NCBI RefSeq assembly: GCF_041587335.1
Contig: NZ_JBFGYP010000002.1
Span: 3,928 to 67,927, forward strand
Length of the DNA: 64,000 nucleotides
DNA from: Halobacteriovorax sp.
Lineage (GTDB): Bacteria; Bdellovibrionota; Bacteriovoracia; Bacteriovoracales; Bacteriovoracaceae
Direction: 5' to 3'
The notes under the pieces are model-generated. The model was not told the origin of the DNA. It saw only the letters and a list, made by a program, of their open reading frames with translations, and ran no database searches. Of this stretch, positions 1 through 9,421 are shown piece after piece. The translations under genes and the position numbers were made by a program. The number at the start of each line of letters is the position of its first letter. Position 1 is the stretch's first letter.

Positions 1-259
1 TTAAATACACACCAATTTTATTAAGTCTGTACTGAAAACTCCTTAGAGAGAACTTCAATATAAAGCTTACTAAAGTAACAATACTTATAAATAATATAAT
101 ATCCATGTCCTTCATCATAACTACTCTCAGAAACGAGAGAGATGTCACTGTGGCCATAAAAATGAAGATTGAAAATATACTACTGAATAATAGGCTTCTC
201 TTATAAAGGTAGAACTTCTTTTTCTTTTTTAACTCTATGTTTTCTTCTACAACACTCAT
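1..259 (-). CDS. hypothetical membrane protein, N-terminal part only (gene runs off the left window edge)
   Basis: Hand translation of the minus strand: ATG at 259-257, open to base 2 (MSVVEENIELKKKKKFYLYKRSLLFSSIFSIFIFMATV...). Two hydrophobic segments. Absent from the ORF track because no stop lies in the window. No clear SD. Confidence 0.3.
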   Translation of the reverse strand, partial: MSVVEENIELKKKKKFYLYKRSLLFSSIFSIFIFMATVTSLSFLRVVMMKDMDIILFISIVTLVSFILKFSLRSFQYRLNKIGVYL

Positions 260-300
260 TATTACTCGATATGTTAATTATTATTTGTTAATATTTTTAA

Positions 301-1020
301 ATGATTATACCAAATAATATTCAACACATTGTCATCTTAACTGGAGCAGGTATTTCTGCCGAATCAGGAATAAAAACCTTCAGAGATCAAGATGGACTCT
401 GGGAAAGTCATGATATTATGGAAGTAGCATCTTTAAATGGCTTTAAGAAAAATCCAGACTTAGTGTTTGATTTCTACAATGCTAGAAGAGATCAGCTCCA
501 GTCTGAGGAAGTCCATCCAAACGAAGCCCACTTAGCATTGGCCAGACTAGAGAAGAAATTTCAAGGAAAAGTAACAATAATCACTCAAAATGTAGATGAT
601 CTTCACGAACGTGCAGGTTCAACCAATATTATACATATGCACGGTGAACTATTAAAAATGCACTGTAAAAAGTCACTTAAAGTATTTAGTATCTCAGGAA
701 AGCTTAATCAAAGTACTATTTGTTCATGCTGTAGAGAGGCCGGAAATCTAAGGCCTCACATCGTTTGGTTTGGAGAAGTACCTTACAGGTTAGACGACAT
801 AGAAGAAGAGCTAAAGTCTTGTGATTTATTTATTTCAATTGGAACATCAGGAGAAGTTTATCCTGCAGCTGCATTTGTTTCAGAGGTTAAGCACCACGGA
901 GCAGTAACTATTGAGCAAAATATTGTTCCAACGAAACAATCAAGACTATTTGATTCTCAACTCACCGGACCTTCAACAATAGAAGTGCCTAGACTCGTAA
1001 AAATTATATTGAATCCTTAG
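301..1020 (+). CDS. cobB: NAD-dependent protein deacylase (Sir2/CobB family sirtuin)
   Basis: GAGISAESGIKTFRDQDGLW Rossmann/NAD motif, QNVDDLHERAG, catalytic HG, Cys cluster (CKKS...CSCC) for Zn, GTSGEVYPAA. Size is typical of housekeeping CobB. Confidence 0.9.
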   Translation: MIIPNNIQHIVILTGAGISAESGIKTFRDQDGLWESHDIMEVASLNGFKKNPDLVFDFYNARRDQLQSEEVHPNEAHLALARLEKKFQGKVTIITQNVDDLHERAGSTNIIHMHGELLKMHCKKSLKVFSISGKLNQSTICSCCREAGNLRPHIVWFGEVPYRLDDIEEELKSCDLFISIGTSGEVYPAAAFVSEVKHHGAVTIEQNIVPTKQSRLFDSQLTGPSTIEVPRLVKIILNP

Positions 1021-1580
1021 GGCACATCACCCCAAAAGTATCCGATTCTAAAAATGAAGGTATATTGTTCAAAGGCTGTTTTGTAATACCTTGGTCCCAT
1101 CATTAAGAATACTCGATCACTTAAGAAAACATTATATGCAAGGTCAAACTTTCTTATCTCTCTAGTTTTGATTGTATCAAGGCCATGACCATCATCTAAG
1201 CTATAAATTCCACCTCCAAAGCCAGCAGTAAAAACAAACTGACCAATTGGAGTGAAGAAGCCAACCTTTAAATTTCCTAGAGCTGATAATCTTCTATATT
1301 TTAAATTCGTATTAACTGAAGAGATGGGCTCAAAGTTGAATCTATCGAAATGAAGACTTGGAGAGAGTTTTACTAGGTAATCCCATGTTCTAAGTCCCTT
1401 GGGATGCTCTACTTGTCTAATTGAAGCAGATACGTTTCCTAGCTTCTCTTTTAATTCATACTTATTCCCTTCAATTCCAGCATCTATATCACTGTACTTT
1501 AAATGAACAGTACCTGCATTAAAGATAGAGCAAGAACTTAAAGCTATTGTAATCAAGAGTAAAAGAATTTTTTCTAACAT
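1017..1580 (-). CDS. hypothetical lipoprotein, possible small outer-membrane beta-barrel
   Basis: ORF track opens at a TTG (1595), but AGGAG sits 5 nt upstream of the ATG at 1580. MLEKILLLLITIALSSC lipobox signal. Alternating beta-strand-like pattern with aromatic-rich C-terminus. Confidence 0.6.
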   Translation of the reverse strand: MLEKILLLLITIALSSCSIFNAGTVHLKYSDIDAGIEGNKYELKEKLGNVSASIRQVEHPKGLRTWDYLVKLSPSLHFDRFNFEPISSVNTNLKYRRLSALGNLKVGFFTPIGQFVFTAGFGGGIYSLDDGHGLDTIKTREIRKFDLAYNVFLSDRVFLMMGPRYYKTAFEQYTFIFRIGYFWGDVP

Positions 1581-1596
1581 AAAACTCCTGATCAAT

Positions 1597-3516
1597 TTAA
1601 AGTAGGTCCATAAACTTTTTACTATACTTCTTTAACTTGGCCCTACCAACACCATGAAGCTCTGAAAACTCTTTAGCATTTGTTGGTCTATTCTTCACTA
1701 TTTCAAGTAACGTCGTATCGTGAAATATCTTATAAGCAGGAACTTTCTTAGTCTTCGCAATAGACCTCCTAAGCTCTCTTAGCTTTTCAAATAAAACTCT
1801 TTCTTGAGTATCCATTGTGAAGTCAGTGGCAGGAGAAAAGCTTTTCACTCTGGGAGTCCTCGCCTTTCTAGAAGCTCTCTTCTTTCTTGGTTTTGAGACC
1901 TTTTTTATCTTTGGAGGTGTTGATCTTGTAAGGTCTGTCCTCATAAAGACTTTATCTTCACCTTCAAGAACTTTAAGACTTCGTTTTGTTAAAACAAGAG
2001 CTGAGCCTTTATCAAACTTTACATCTACTAGCCCAGAAGCGAGTGCATTTCTATGAATTTCTTTCCACTTGGCAAGCGAAACCCCGGAGCCTTGTCCAAA
2101 GTTTGGCAAGTTCATATACTCTTGATACTTGAAATCCTCATCACCCATTAGAAAAGACAGAACTAACTCAATACTCATTTTTTGATCAACTCTATAGATA
2201 GAGCTTAGATATATAACCATTTCATCTGTAATATCGAGTAACTCTTTTCCTTCAAGAGAGCCTTGGCAAATATCACAATTTCCACAGTACTCAGGATAAT
2301 CCTCATCTAAATAATTAAGAACAACCTCTCGCCTACACCTAGTTGTTTCACATAACCCAAGCATCAGTTCAACATGGTGTTCCTCCACCCTTCTTTGAAC
2401 AATACTTCTCGTACCTTTCCTAATTAGATGCTTTAATACAGCGGAGTCTCTTCTACAATAAACCATCCAAGCACAGGCACTAAGTCCGTCCCTTCCCGCC
2501 CGACCTGTTTCTTGATAATAAGACTCAATACTCTTAGGTAGATCTAAGTGAGCAACAAATCTAACATCAGGTTTATCAATCCCCATTCCAAATGCAATAG
2601 TTGCAACAATTATGACTCCCTCCTTAGAAAGAAACTCATTTTGAACTTTCTTCCTTTTAGAAGAGCTCATTCCTGCATGATAGCCATAGGCAACAAAACC
2701 ATTCTCAGATAAAAAGGCCGCAGTCTCTTCTACCTTACGCCTAGAAAGGCAATATACAATTCCAGAATCTTCAACATCAAATCTTTCTAAAAAATTTAAT
2801 AGCTGTATTTGTGGGTCATCATTTTTAAGTTCTATTTCGTATGAAATATTTTCTCGATCAAAACTACTTAGAAATACTCTCGCATTTTCAAGTCCTAGCT
2901 CTTTTGCGATAGTTTTACGTGAGTTTATATCTGCTGTTGCAGTCAAAGCAATACGAGGAACTCCCTCGAAGCTAGTTTTTAAAATAGATAGATTCATATA
3001 CTCTGGCCTAAAGTCTGGTCCCCATTTTGAAACACAATGGGCCTCATCAATGGCGATAACAGAAACTTTAAGCGAAGAGAGCAGTCTTAACGTATAAGGT
3101 TGAAGTAAGCGCTCAGGGGCAAGATACAGTAGGTCTATCTCTTCATTTATGAGGTCTTCTTCAATTTCTCTTCCCTCATCTCTTGAAAGAGAACTATTTA
3201 AGTATGCGGCCCTAACACCCATCTCATTAAGAGTTGAAACTTGATCCTCCATAAGAGAAATAAGAGGAGAAATTACAATCCCTACACCATCTCTAACAAG
3301 GGCTGGAATTTGATAACAAAGAGATTTCCCACCGCCTGTAGGCATAAGAGCGAGGACGTCTCTGCCCTCTAAGATCTCATTAATGATTTTCTCCTGATGA
3401 AGACGAAACTCCCTATGCCCAAATACACTTTTAAGAACTTCCAGCGCACTGTCTTTGTACTTATCTGCATTAAAAAATGAGAAACTTAAATTTTCAAATT
3501 GATCAGAATCATTCAT
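1597..3516 (-). CDS. recQ: ATP-dependent DNA helicase RecQ
   Basis: Motif I MPTGGGKSLCYQIPAL, DEAHCVSKWGPDFRPEY, LTATA, QETGRAGRDG, Zn-binding CGNCDIC, C-terminal HRDC-like segment. Confidence 0.95.
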   Translation of the reverse strand: MNDSDQFENLSFSFFNADKYKDSALEVLKSVFGHREFRLHQEKIINEILEGRDVLALMPTGGGKSLCYQIPALVRDGVGIVISPLISLMEDQVSTLNEMGVRAAYLNSSLSRDEGREIEEDLINEEIDLLYLAPERLLQPYTLRLLSSLKVSVIAIDEAHCVSKWGPDFRPEYMNLSILKTSFEGVPRIALTATADINSRKTIAKELGLENARVFLSSFDRENISYEIELKNDDPQIQLLNFLERFDVEDSGIVYCLSRRKVEETAAFLSENGFVAYGYHAGMSSSKRKKVQNEFLSKEGVIIVATIAFGMGIDKPDVRFVAHLDLPKSIESYYQETGRAGRDGLSACAWMVYCRRDSAVLKHLIRKGTRSIVQRRVEEHHVELMLGLCETTRCRREVVLNYLDEDYPEYCGNCDICQGSLEGKELLDITDEMVIYLSSIYRVDQKMSIELVLSFLMGDEDFKYQEYMNLPNFGQGSGVSLAKWKEIHRNALASGLVDVKFDKGSALVLTKRSLKVLEGEDKVFMRTDLTRSTPPKIKKVSKPRKKRASRKARTPRVKSFSPATDFTMDTQERVLFEKLRELRRSIAKTKKVPAYKIFHDTTLLEIVKNRPTNAKEFSELHGVGRAKLKKYSKKFMDLL

Positions 3517-3570
3517 GCATAAATACTAACATGTCTGAATATTGAAGGACTAGAGTATGATGGAAAAAAC

Positions 3571-4131
3571 TTAAGAGGCCATACTTGTCGGAGAGGATTT
3601 TGTAAGAATATGTAAGATTGTGGTCTCTAATAGTGGATTTGCCTCTCGGAGAGACTCAACATCTACAAATAGCTTCAAATCATCTTTAGAGTTTATTAAA
3701 GAACTGCCCTGCATCAACTTCTTCCAAGTGCACTGTTCATCATTATATTTTAAAACAAAGTAGTCTTTATCCGCAACTATAGTACTGTTAAAGTGAAAGC
3801 TTCTCCACTCAGATGAATCTATTAATAATTGAAAGTCTTCATCAGATACATCTTCAAAGTACTCGTTCCATACTTCTGTTTCAACATCTTCATATTCATT
3901 ATTTATTAAGCTATAGCTTCTCCAAAAAAATAGGTGACATAGAACAACACAACTTGACCAGACTTGCCATGTAATCCCGTCTTTAGAGCTTAGAGTTAAA
4001 AAAGATCCTAGTGCTAACACAGTGAAGACCTGAAGAATTCTTGTAATTTGAGGCAGCTTTGTAACCGCACTTAGTAAGAGGAAAGCATATGTTAAATGAA
4101 AAAATATCTGATCAATATCCATAAAGTCCAA
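3571..4131 (-). CDS. hypothetical membrane protein (about 3 TM plus an acidic soluble C-terminal domain)
   Basis: Three N-terminal hydrophobic helices, then an acidic region (EYEDVETEVWNEYFEDVSDED). No motif I recognise. Confidence 0.55.
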   Translation of the reverse strand: MDFMDIDQIFFHLTYAFLLLSAVTKLPQITRILQVFTVLALGSFLTLSSKDGITWQVWSSCVVLCHLFFWRSYSLINNEYEDVETEVWNEYFEDVSDEDFQLLIDSSEWRSFHFNSTIVADKDYFVLKYNDEQCTWKKLMQGSSLINSKDDLKLFVDVESLREANPLLETTILHILTKSSPTSMAS

Positions 4132-4152
4132 ATTGTTATTAACTAATACAAG

Positions 4153-5091
4153 CTAATCTGTTTTTAATTTTGAACAAATAAAACTCAATATTTCTAAAAT
4201 AGAGACAATTGAGATTGGGTAACCTACCTGATTACATACTAACACATTTCTATATTTAAATTTATTCATGTTCTTTATTGCCACAGCTAGGACTTCTTGC
4301 TCTAAAAGCTTATGAGGAGCTGCGGTCATAATCTCAGATACGGGGGTATTTTCAAGGTTAACTTGACCGTAGCACTTATTTAATAAGTCTCTAGCGGTTA
4401 ATATACCTCTCATCTCAGTTTCATACTCCATCAGAATAATACTTGAGGTAAGCTCTTTTTTCATTAGTCTAACGGCTTCACCCAAGCTTAGTGATACATC
4501 ACAGAAGATGGCCTCATTAAACATTACTTTTCGAATAGGAGTTTCAAAGATGTGAGTTGTTAAATCTAGCTCATCTTCACTTGATTCATCAAAGTTAGTC
4601 CGCTCTTGTAAGTAGACTCCATTTTCAGACCAATTAACCTTAACATCATACCCGTCTAAATCTTTTTCAAACCTACTCGAGGCAAATCGAAGAAGGTCTT
4701 TAAGTAAAAGAACTCTAACCTTCTCACCATCCTGTACAAGCATATGCCTAAGCTTCTTAGAGCCCATAGTTAAAATCGCTTCTAGTATGGTTTGGTTGAT
4801 ATCTAATACGCGTGGAGAAAAATCTGCTATATCAGCAAGTGTTCCGTTCTTTTTTTCTTCATAATTGCTACCAATGTACTTTAAAAACTCATCTTCTGTA
4901 GCGATACCTTCGATTCTCTCTTCACCAATAGCAAAAGTACTTATCTTGCTAGACGCTGCTATTTCAACGGCCTCGTAAATTAATGTACTTCTAGGAAAAA
5001 GTTTAATCTCTGCAAGGTTAAGCTCTGAGAGAGGGGTCGAAAACTCCTCTCTCTCTATTACCCTAAATTTATCAGAATAAGAATCAAGCAT
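4153..5091 (-). CDS. CBS-domain protein (four CBS motifs, two Bateman modules, no other domain)
   Basis: Four repeats of the CBS pattern (for example GILTARDLLNK, LLLKDLLRF). 3-nt gap to the upstream thiolase gene. Confidence 0.75.
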   Translation of the reverse strand: MLDSYSDKFRVIEREEFSTPLSELNLAEIKLFPRSTLIYEAVEIAASSKISTFAIGEERIEGIATEDEFLKYIGSNYEEKKNGTLADIADFSPRVLDINQTILEAILTMGSKKLRHMLVQDGEKVRVLLLKDLLRFASSRFEKDLDGYDVKVNWSENGVYLQERTNFDESSEDELDLTTHIFETPIRKVMFNEAIFCDVSLSLGEAVRLMKKELTSSIILMEYETEMRGILTARDLLNKCYGQVNLENTPVSEIMTAAPHKLLEQEVLAVAIKNMNKFKYRNVLVCNQVGYPISIVSILEILSFICSKLKTD

Positions 5092-5093
5092 AT

Positions 5094-6368
5094 TTATTTC
5101 TCAAGAATTGCTGTCACACCCATTCCCCCTGCTGTACAGATTGAAATAAGTCCCTTACCTGATCCATTTTGATTAAGCATTTTTGCTAAAGAAGTAAGAA
5201 TTCTTGTTCCAGTAGCAGCAAATGGATGCCCTAGAGCAACACTTCCACCTTTAACATTTAACTTATCTCTATCAATTGTTCCTAAGGCCGACTCAAGTCC
5301 AAGTTTTTCTTTGCAAAAACTTTCATCTTCCCAGGCCTTTAAGGTACATAGAACCTGTGCTGAAAAGGCTTCATGAATTTCATAGAAATCAAAATCTTGT
5401 AATGACATATTTGCATTTTTCAACATTTTTGGAACTGCGTACGCAGGGGCCATAAGAAGACCTTCATCATCTATATAGTTAACAGCTGCTGATTGAGAGT
5501 AAGATAGGTACGCCATGACATTTAAGTTATTTTCTTTTGCATACTCTTCACTACAAAGAAATACACAAGAAGCGCCATCGGATAAAGGAGAACTATTTCC
5601 GGCCGTAAGAGTTCCATTAGAACTTTTATCGAAAACTGTTCTTAATTTGTTCAACTTCTCTAAAGAGGTATCACCACGAACAATATTATCTTTTTTTACT
5701 CCAGCACAAGGAGTGATAAGGTCGTCGAAGAATCCCTCCTGGTAAGCAGCTTCTGCTTTTTGATGTGACTCTAGAGCAAGTTGATCCTGTTCGAATCTAG
5801 AAACCTTCCATCTCTTAGCCATTTCCTCACAACTCTCCCCCATAGATTTACCCGTACGAGCTTCCTTCACAGCGGGAAGCTTAGGTAAAAGCTCTCCTGG
5901 TGAAAATCCTTTAAGAACTGATAACTTTTGACCAAATGTTTTTGCTCCATTTAATCTTAGAAGTCTATCTGAAAACTTCTTAGAAAATTCAATTGGAACA
6001 TCACTATTAGTGTCTACACCACCAGCTATTGCGCAATCAATTTGTCCAAGAGCAATTTTATTACCAAGGAGTACCGCGGCCTCTAGAGAGGTTCCACACG
6101 CCATCTGAATGTCAAAAGCTGGAGTATCAAATGAAAGACCACTTTCTATTGCACACTCTCTTGCTAGAGCGAAATCTGCTGCATGTTTAGATACCGCGCC
6201 TAAAGATACTTCACCAACAGTTTTACCTTGCAATGAAAGTTTTGAAACAAGTGCTTTCATCGCAGTACTCATTAATTCTTTGTTAGAAAGTCCCATATAC
6301 TTTGAGCCTGAACGACAAAAAGGAATTCTAGAACCGTCAATAATACATACTCTTTTAATTTCTGACAT
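5094..6368 (-). CDS. acetyl-CoA C-acetyl/acyltransferase (thiolase)
   Basis: Thiolase active-site Cys context (QMACGTSLEA), NVKGGSVALGHPFAATG and CTAGGMG C-terminal signatures. About 420 aa. Confidence 0.9.
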   Translation of the reverse strand: MSEIKRVCIIDGSRIPFCRSGSKYMGLSNKELMSTAMKALVSKLSLQGKTVGEVSLGAVSKHAADFALARECAIESGLSFDTPAFDIQMACGTSLEAAVLLGNKIALGQIDCAIAGGVDTNSDVPIEFSKKFSDRLLRLNGAKTFGQKLSVLKGFSPGELLPKLPAVKEARTGKSMGESCEEMAKRWKVSRFEQDQLALESHQKAEAAYQEGFFDDLITPCAGVKKDNIVRGDTSLEKLNKLRTVFDKSSNGTLTAGNSSPLSDGASCVFLCSEEYAKENNLNVMAYLSYSQSAAVNYIDDEGLLMAPAYAVPKMLKNANMSLQDFDFYEIHEAFSAQVLCTLKAWEDESFCKEKLGLESALGTIDRDKLNVKGGSVALGHPFAATGTRILTSLAKMLNQNGSGKGLISICTAGGMGVTAILEK

Positions 6369-6445
6369 AATAACCTCGTATAAAACTATGATATAAATCC
6401 AAATTATTCTATAAACAATATTTACTAACTACCGATATAAGCCTT

Positions 6446-7723
6446 ATGAATAATGTATCAGTAGACAGTATTAGAGAAAAGACATGGAAGAAAAAGGCTA
6501 CAGTTCTAGGGATTAGTCTTGCCGCAACAATTCTATTTATAAGATTCATAACAGATTTCTTTTTGATGAACTCTAATGATGTCTCTAATTATACCATCCT
6601 TTTATATCTTATTGCTTTAATTTCCCTACTCACTTATATAAAGCGATCAAAAGAGTATGATAATGCCATATACTTCACTGCTCTTTTTTCATTTTTACCA
6701 ATCTACACAAGAGCAAGCTTTACTGGAGGAATAGACTCACCAGTAATCGCTTGGTTTACTATCTTACCTGTTGTTTCGTCCTTTCTATTAAGTAAGAAAA
6801 GAACTTATACCATTTGTATTATTTCATTAATTTTTATAATTATCACAGAACAGTTTCCATTACTTAATTTTATAAATATGCCAGCAGAGCAACTATCTCC
6901 AATATCAAAGGTACTCATCTATATTTCAGTAATAGTAACAAGTACTATTTTCTGCATTGGTCATGGCAGAAAGCGCGAAGAAATGATGAATAAAATTGAA
7001 GATCAAAAAATGAGTATTTTGAGTTCCTCAAGAAATATTGAACTAAGTGAACTCGCTTCAGGGATCGCTCACGAAATCAATAACCCACTTACTGTCTTGA
7101 AAGTGAAGGCTAAGAAGATAAAAAAAGAATCTAACGAAAATATAGAGATACAAAACTCTATCGATAAAATTCTTACAATGTCGGAGAGAATATCCAAAGT
7201 TGTTAAATCTATGAAGAATCTCTCAAGAGCACAACAAAATGAGAATGAAATACCAAGCGAGTCTTTAGATTATATATTTGAAAATATTATGACTCTTTGT
7301 GAGACCAAGCTCAACTACTCAAATATAGAATTCAAAGTTAAAAATGAAGTTAAAGATATAGATAACTATAAAATTCCGGTTCAACTAGGTCATATCCTTT
7401 TAAATCTTATTAACAATGCTTACGATGCCGTATTAACAGTTGGTAGAAAATGGATTGTTATTAATATTGAGGAAGAGACTGGTCTTCTTATCTTTAAAAT
7501 AAGTGATAGTGGAGAAGGCATTCCAAGAGAAAAAGAAACCATAATATTTGATCCTTACTTTACAGATAAAACAAACCGAACTGGTCTTGGCCTAAGTATA
7601 AGTAAAAATAATCTCGTAAACCTCGGTGGAGAACTCACTCTAGACACAAGAGAAAAGCATACAACATTTGTCGTAACCATTCCTGTTGTTACGGATGATA
7701 AAAATAACACGATAAGAATATGA
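6446..7723 (+). CDS. sensor histidine kinase with multi-TM membrane-embedded input
   Basis: About 5-6 N-terminal TM helices, H-box GIAHEINNPL, N-box LLNLINNAYDA, G-boxes DSGEGI and GLGLS. No adjacent response regulator. Confidence 0.85.
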   Translation: MNNVSVDSIREKTWKKKATVLGISLAATILFIRFITDFFLMNSNDVSNYTILLYLIALISLLTYIKRSKEYDNAIYFTALFSFLPIYTRASFTGGIDSPVIAWFTILPVVSSFLLSKKRTYTICIISLIFIIITEQFPLLNFINMPAEQLSPISKVLIYISVIVTSTIFCIGHGRKREEMMNKIEDQKMSILSSSRNIELSELASGIAHEINNPLTVLKVKAKKIKKESNENIEIQNSIDKILTMSERISKVVKSMKNLSRAQQNENEIPSESLDYIFENIMTLCETKLNYSNIEFKVKNEVKDIDNYKIPVQLGHILLNLINNAYDAVLTVGRKWIVINIEEETGLLIFKISDSGEGIPREKETIIFDPYFTDKTNRTGLGLSISKNNLVNLGGELTLDTREKHTTFVVTIPVVTDDKNNTIRI

Positions 7724-7777
7724 ACCTAATTAAGTGCAAATAAAAGATATGTATAGTGATCTTAACAGGAGAAAAAA

Positions 7778-7921
7778 ATGAAAATAATAGGACACTTACA
7801 TGATATTTTTTTAGAACTCTATGCATTCATCATATTAACTGTAGATAAAAGAGATGATGAGCTAAATCTACTATTAGATAATGAAGAGAGTAATCATTTC
7901 TCAGTAATTACTCAAGAGTAA
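7778..7921 (+). CDS. possible small ORF (47 aa), hypothetical
   Basis: Hand-read ATG preceded by AGGAGAAAAAA. MKIIGHLHDIFLELYAFIILTVDKRDDELNLLLDNEESNHFSVITQE. Below the ORF-track cutoff. Its 3' end overlaps the convergent gene. Confidence 0.2.
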   Translation: MKIIGHLHDIFLELYAFIILTVDKRDDELNLLLDNEESNHFSVITQE

Positions 7922-8621
7922 CAATTGACGGAAAATCAGTTCCGATATAATCAACGCCCATCTGTACAAAAGTATCTAAATCTTCGACTTTGTTAACATT
8001 CCAAACCGTAACACTATAATTATGATGATGACAAAGCTCTACTAGGGCCTGGTCAACAGTAGAGACAGATATTGAGATACCATCTGCTCTAGAAGCTTCA
8101 ATTATATTTACTGCATTAACAGGTAAACCATAGATTAAACAAGCAGTCCTAATCTTCGGTGCTATTTCTTTTACTTTTTTAACAATTCTATGATTGAATG
8201 ATTTTACTACTATTTTGTGATGAATTTCTCTTTCGTTAATCATCTCTGTAAGTAACTTTTCACAGCCGACTGCTTTGACCTCTATAAATAGAGTGAAGGA
8301 ATATTGATTTAATAAATCAAGAACCTCTTCTAGGTAAGGAACTTTTTCTCCATCTCCAGCATCCAGGGCCCTGATATCAGTACTTGTGGCCTCTTTCACT
8401 TTACCAGTACCATTAGTTGTCCGATCCAAAGTGTCATCATGAATAACAACCAATCTATTATCAGAACTTAAATGAATATCAATCTCAATGGCCTTTAATC
8501 CAAGATTTAGGGCGTAAGTAATACCTCCAATTGTATTCTCTGGCTTCTCACCTTTGGCGCCTCTATGTCCAAGCATTTTTGTACCACTAAACAAGTTAAT
8601 CTCCTTAAGTATTTTCTCCAT
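7908..8621 (-). CDS. glycerophosphodiester phosphodiesterase (GDPD family)
   Basis: GHRGAKGEKPENT motif, IEIDIHLSSD, DDTLDRTT. Typical size for UgpQ-like enzymes. Confidence 0.85.
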   Translation of the reverse strand: MEKILKEINLFSGTKMLGHRGAKGEKPENTIGGITYALNLGLKAIEIDIHLSSDNRLVVIHDDTLDRTTNGTGKVKEATSTDIRALDAGDGEKVPYLEEVLDLLNQYSFTLFIEVKAVGCEKLLTEMINEREIHHKIVVKSFNHRIVKKVKEIAPKIRTACLIYGLPVNAVNIIEASRADGISISVSTVDQALVELCHHHNYSVTVWNVNKVEDLDTFVQMGVDYIGTDFPSIVTLE

Positions 8622-8692
8622 ACTACCTAATTAAATTACAAATGAAAACGATAGCACTTGAAGTTCTCAATATTTAAATCAATAATTGATAG

Positions 8693-9421
8693 ATGAAAAT
8701 TTTTGCATTACTTATATTCTTATTACCATGTATTTCCTCTGCGCAACAAAGGTCTACTTACTCCTTTTCTTTAGGGGGAGGTGCCATATGGAAACAAAAT
8801 ATTCGAAATGACAATCAGTACGACAAATCGGATGAGAATACTGAACTTCGTGCAATTCCTATGGCAAGGATAAAAATAGGTCCACTAGAGATAGCAGGTC
8901 CAAACATAAAGTTAAAACTCCCTCGCTATAAATTTATTGCTCCTTACATATCCTTGAAAAGGTCTGGTGAAAGATACTACGGCCCAGGAATGGACTGGCG
9001 GAAAGACTCTTGGTTTGGAGAAGCCGGACTGAACATCATGATGTTCAAACTCTCCTACTCTAAGGATATTCAGGGAAGGTCTTCTGGTGAGATATTTAGC
9101 ATCTCCTATAGTGGTAGATATTTTCTAGGACCAGTAATGCTTAGTTACACTCTTTCTCATAACTTTTTAGACAGAGAGTTTAGTAATTACTACTATGGCG
9201 TAAGATCACATGAAGTCACATCAACGAGAAATTACTACTCACCAAGTAGCGGTGGAGCAACAAGTGTGGCCTTAAGTCCAATTTGGATTATAAATAAGAA
9301 TTGGAGTCTATTCAACTCAGTCAAACACACCTTTTTAGGAAGCAAAGTTAAGAACTCTCCCACCGTAGCTAGAGACTCGTATCTAACAATTGTCTCAGGT
9401 CTTACTTATAAGTTTAATTAG
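8693..9421 (+). CDS. outer-membrane protein, MipA/OmpV-like
   Basis: Signal peptide MKIFALLIFLLPCISSAQQ, alternating beta-strand pattern, terminal ...GLTYKF beta-signal. Family assignment is by resemblance only. Confidence 0.55.
   Translation: MKIFALLIFLLPCISSAQQRSTYSFSLGGGAIWKQNIRNDNQYDKSDENTELRAIPMARIKIGPLEIAGPNIKLKLPRYKFIAPYISLKRSGERYYGPGMDWRKDSWFGEAGLNIMMFKLSYSKDIQGRSSGEIFSISYSGRYFLGPVMLSYTLSHNFLDREFSNYYYGVRSHEVTSTRNYYSPSSGGATSVALSPIWIINKNWSLFNSVKHTFLGSKVKNSPTVARDSYLTIVSGLTYKFN

Noticed and set aside
301-1020. SIR2-domain protein considered as a defence effector (Thoeris ThsA or DSR-like).
   Set aside because: At 239 aa it has only the canonical CobB core with its Zn-Cys cluster. It has no SLOG, TIR or other partner domain or gene. 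It is flanked by housekeeping genes.
1817-2056. Many short ORFs (60-120 aa) in the track lie inside, or antisense to, longer genes. Examples: 1817-2056, 5515-5745, 6109-6396, 11458-11769, 13269-13463, 16469-16669, 18488-18748, 20121-20471, 26251-26451, 29196-29381, 30713-30964, 40689-41045, 45647-45976, 50686-51015, 60106-60351, 61937-62224, 62824-63048.
   Set aside because: Each is fully embedded in a longer ORF that carries clear family motifs. Their translations are low-complexity with no motifs. AT-rich DNA readily produces such shadow ORFs.
1597-3516. RecQ-type helicase considered as part of a defence or mobile module.
   Set aside because: It has the full canonical RecQ architecture (helicase, Zn-binding region, HRDC) in a housekeeping context. 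No nuclease, methylase or integrase lies nearby.
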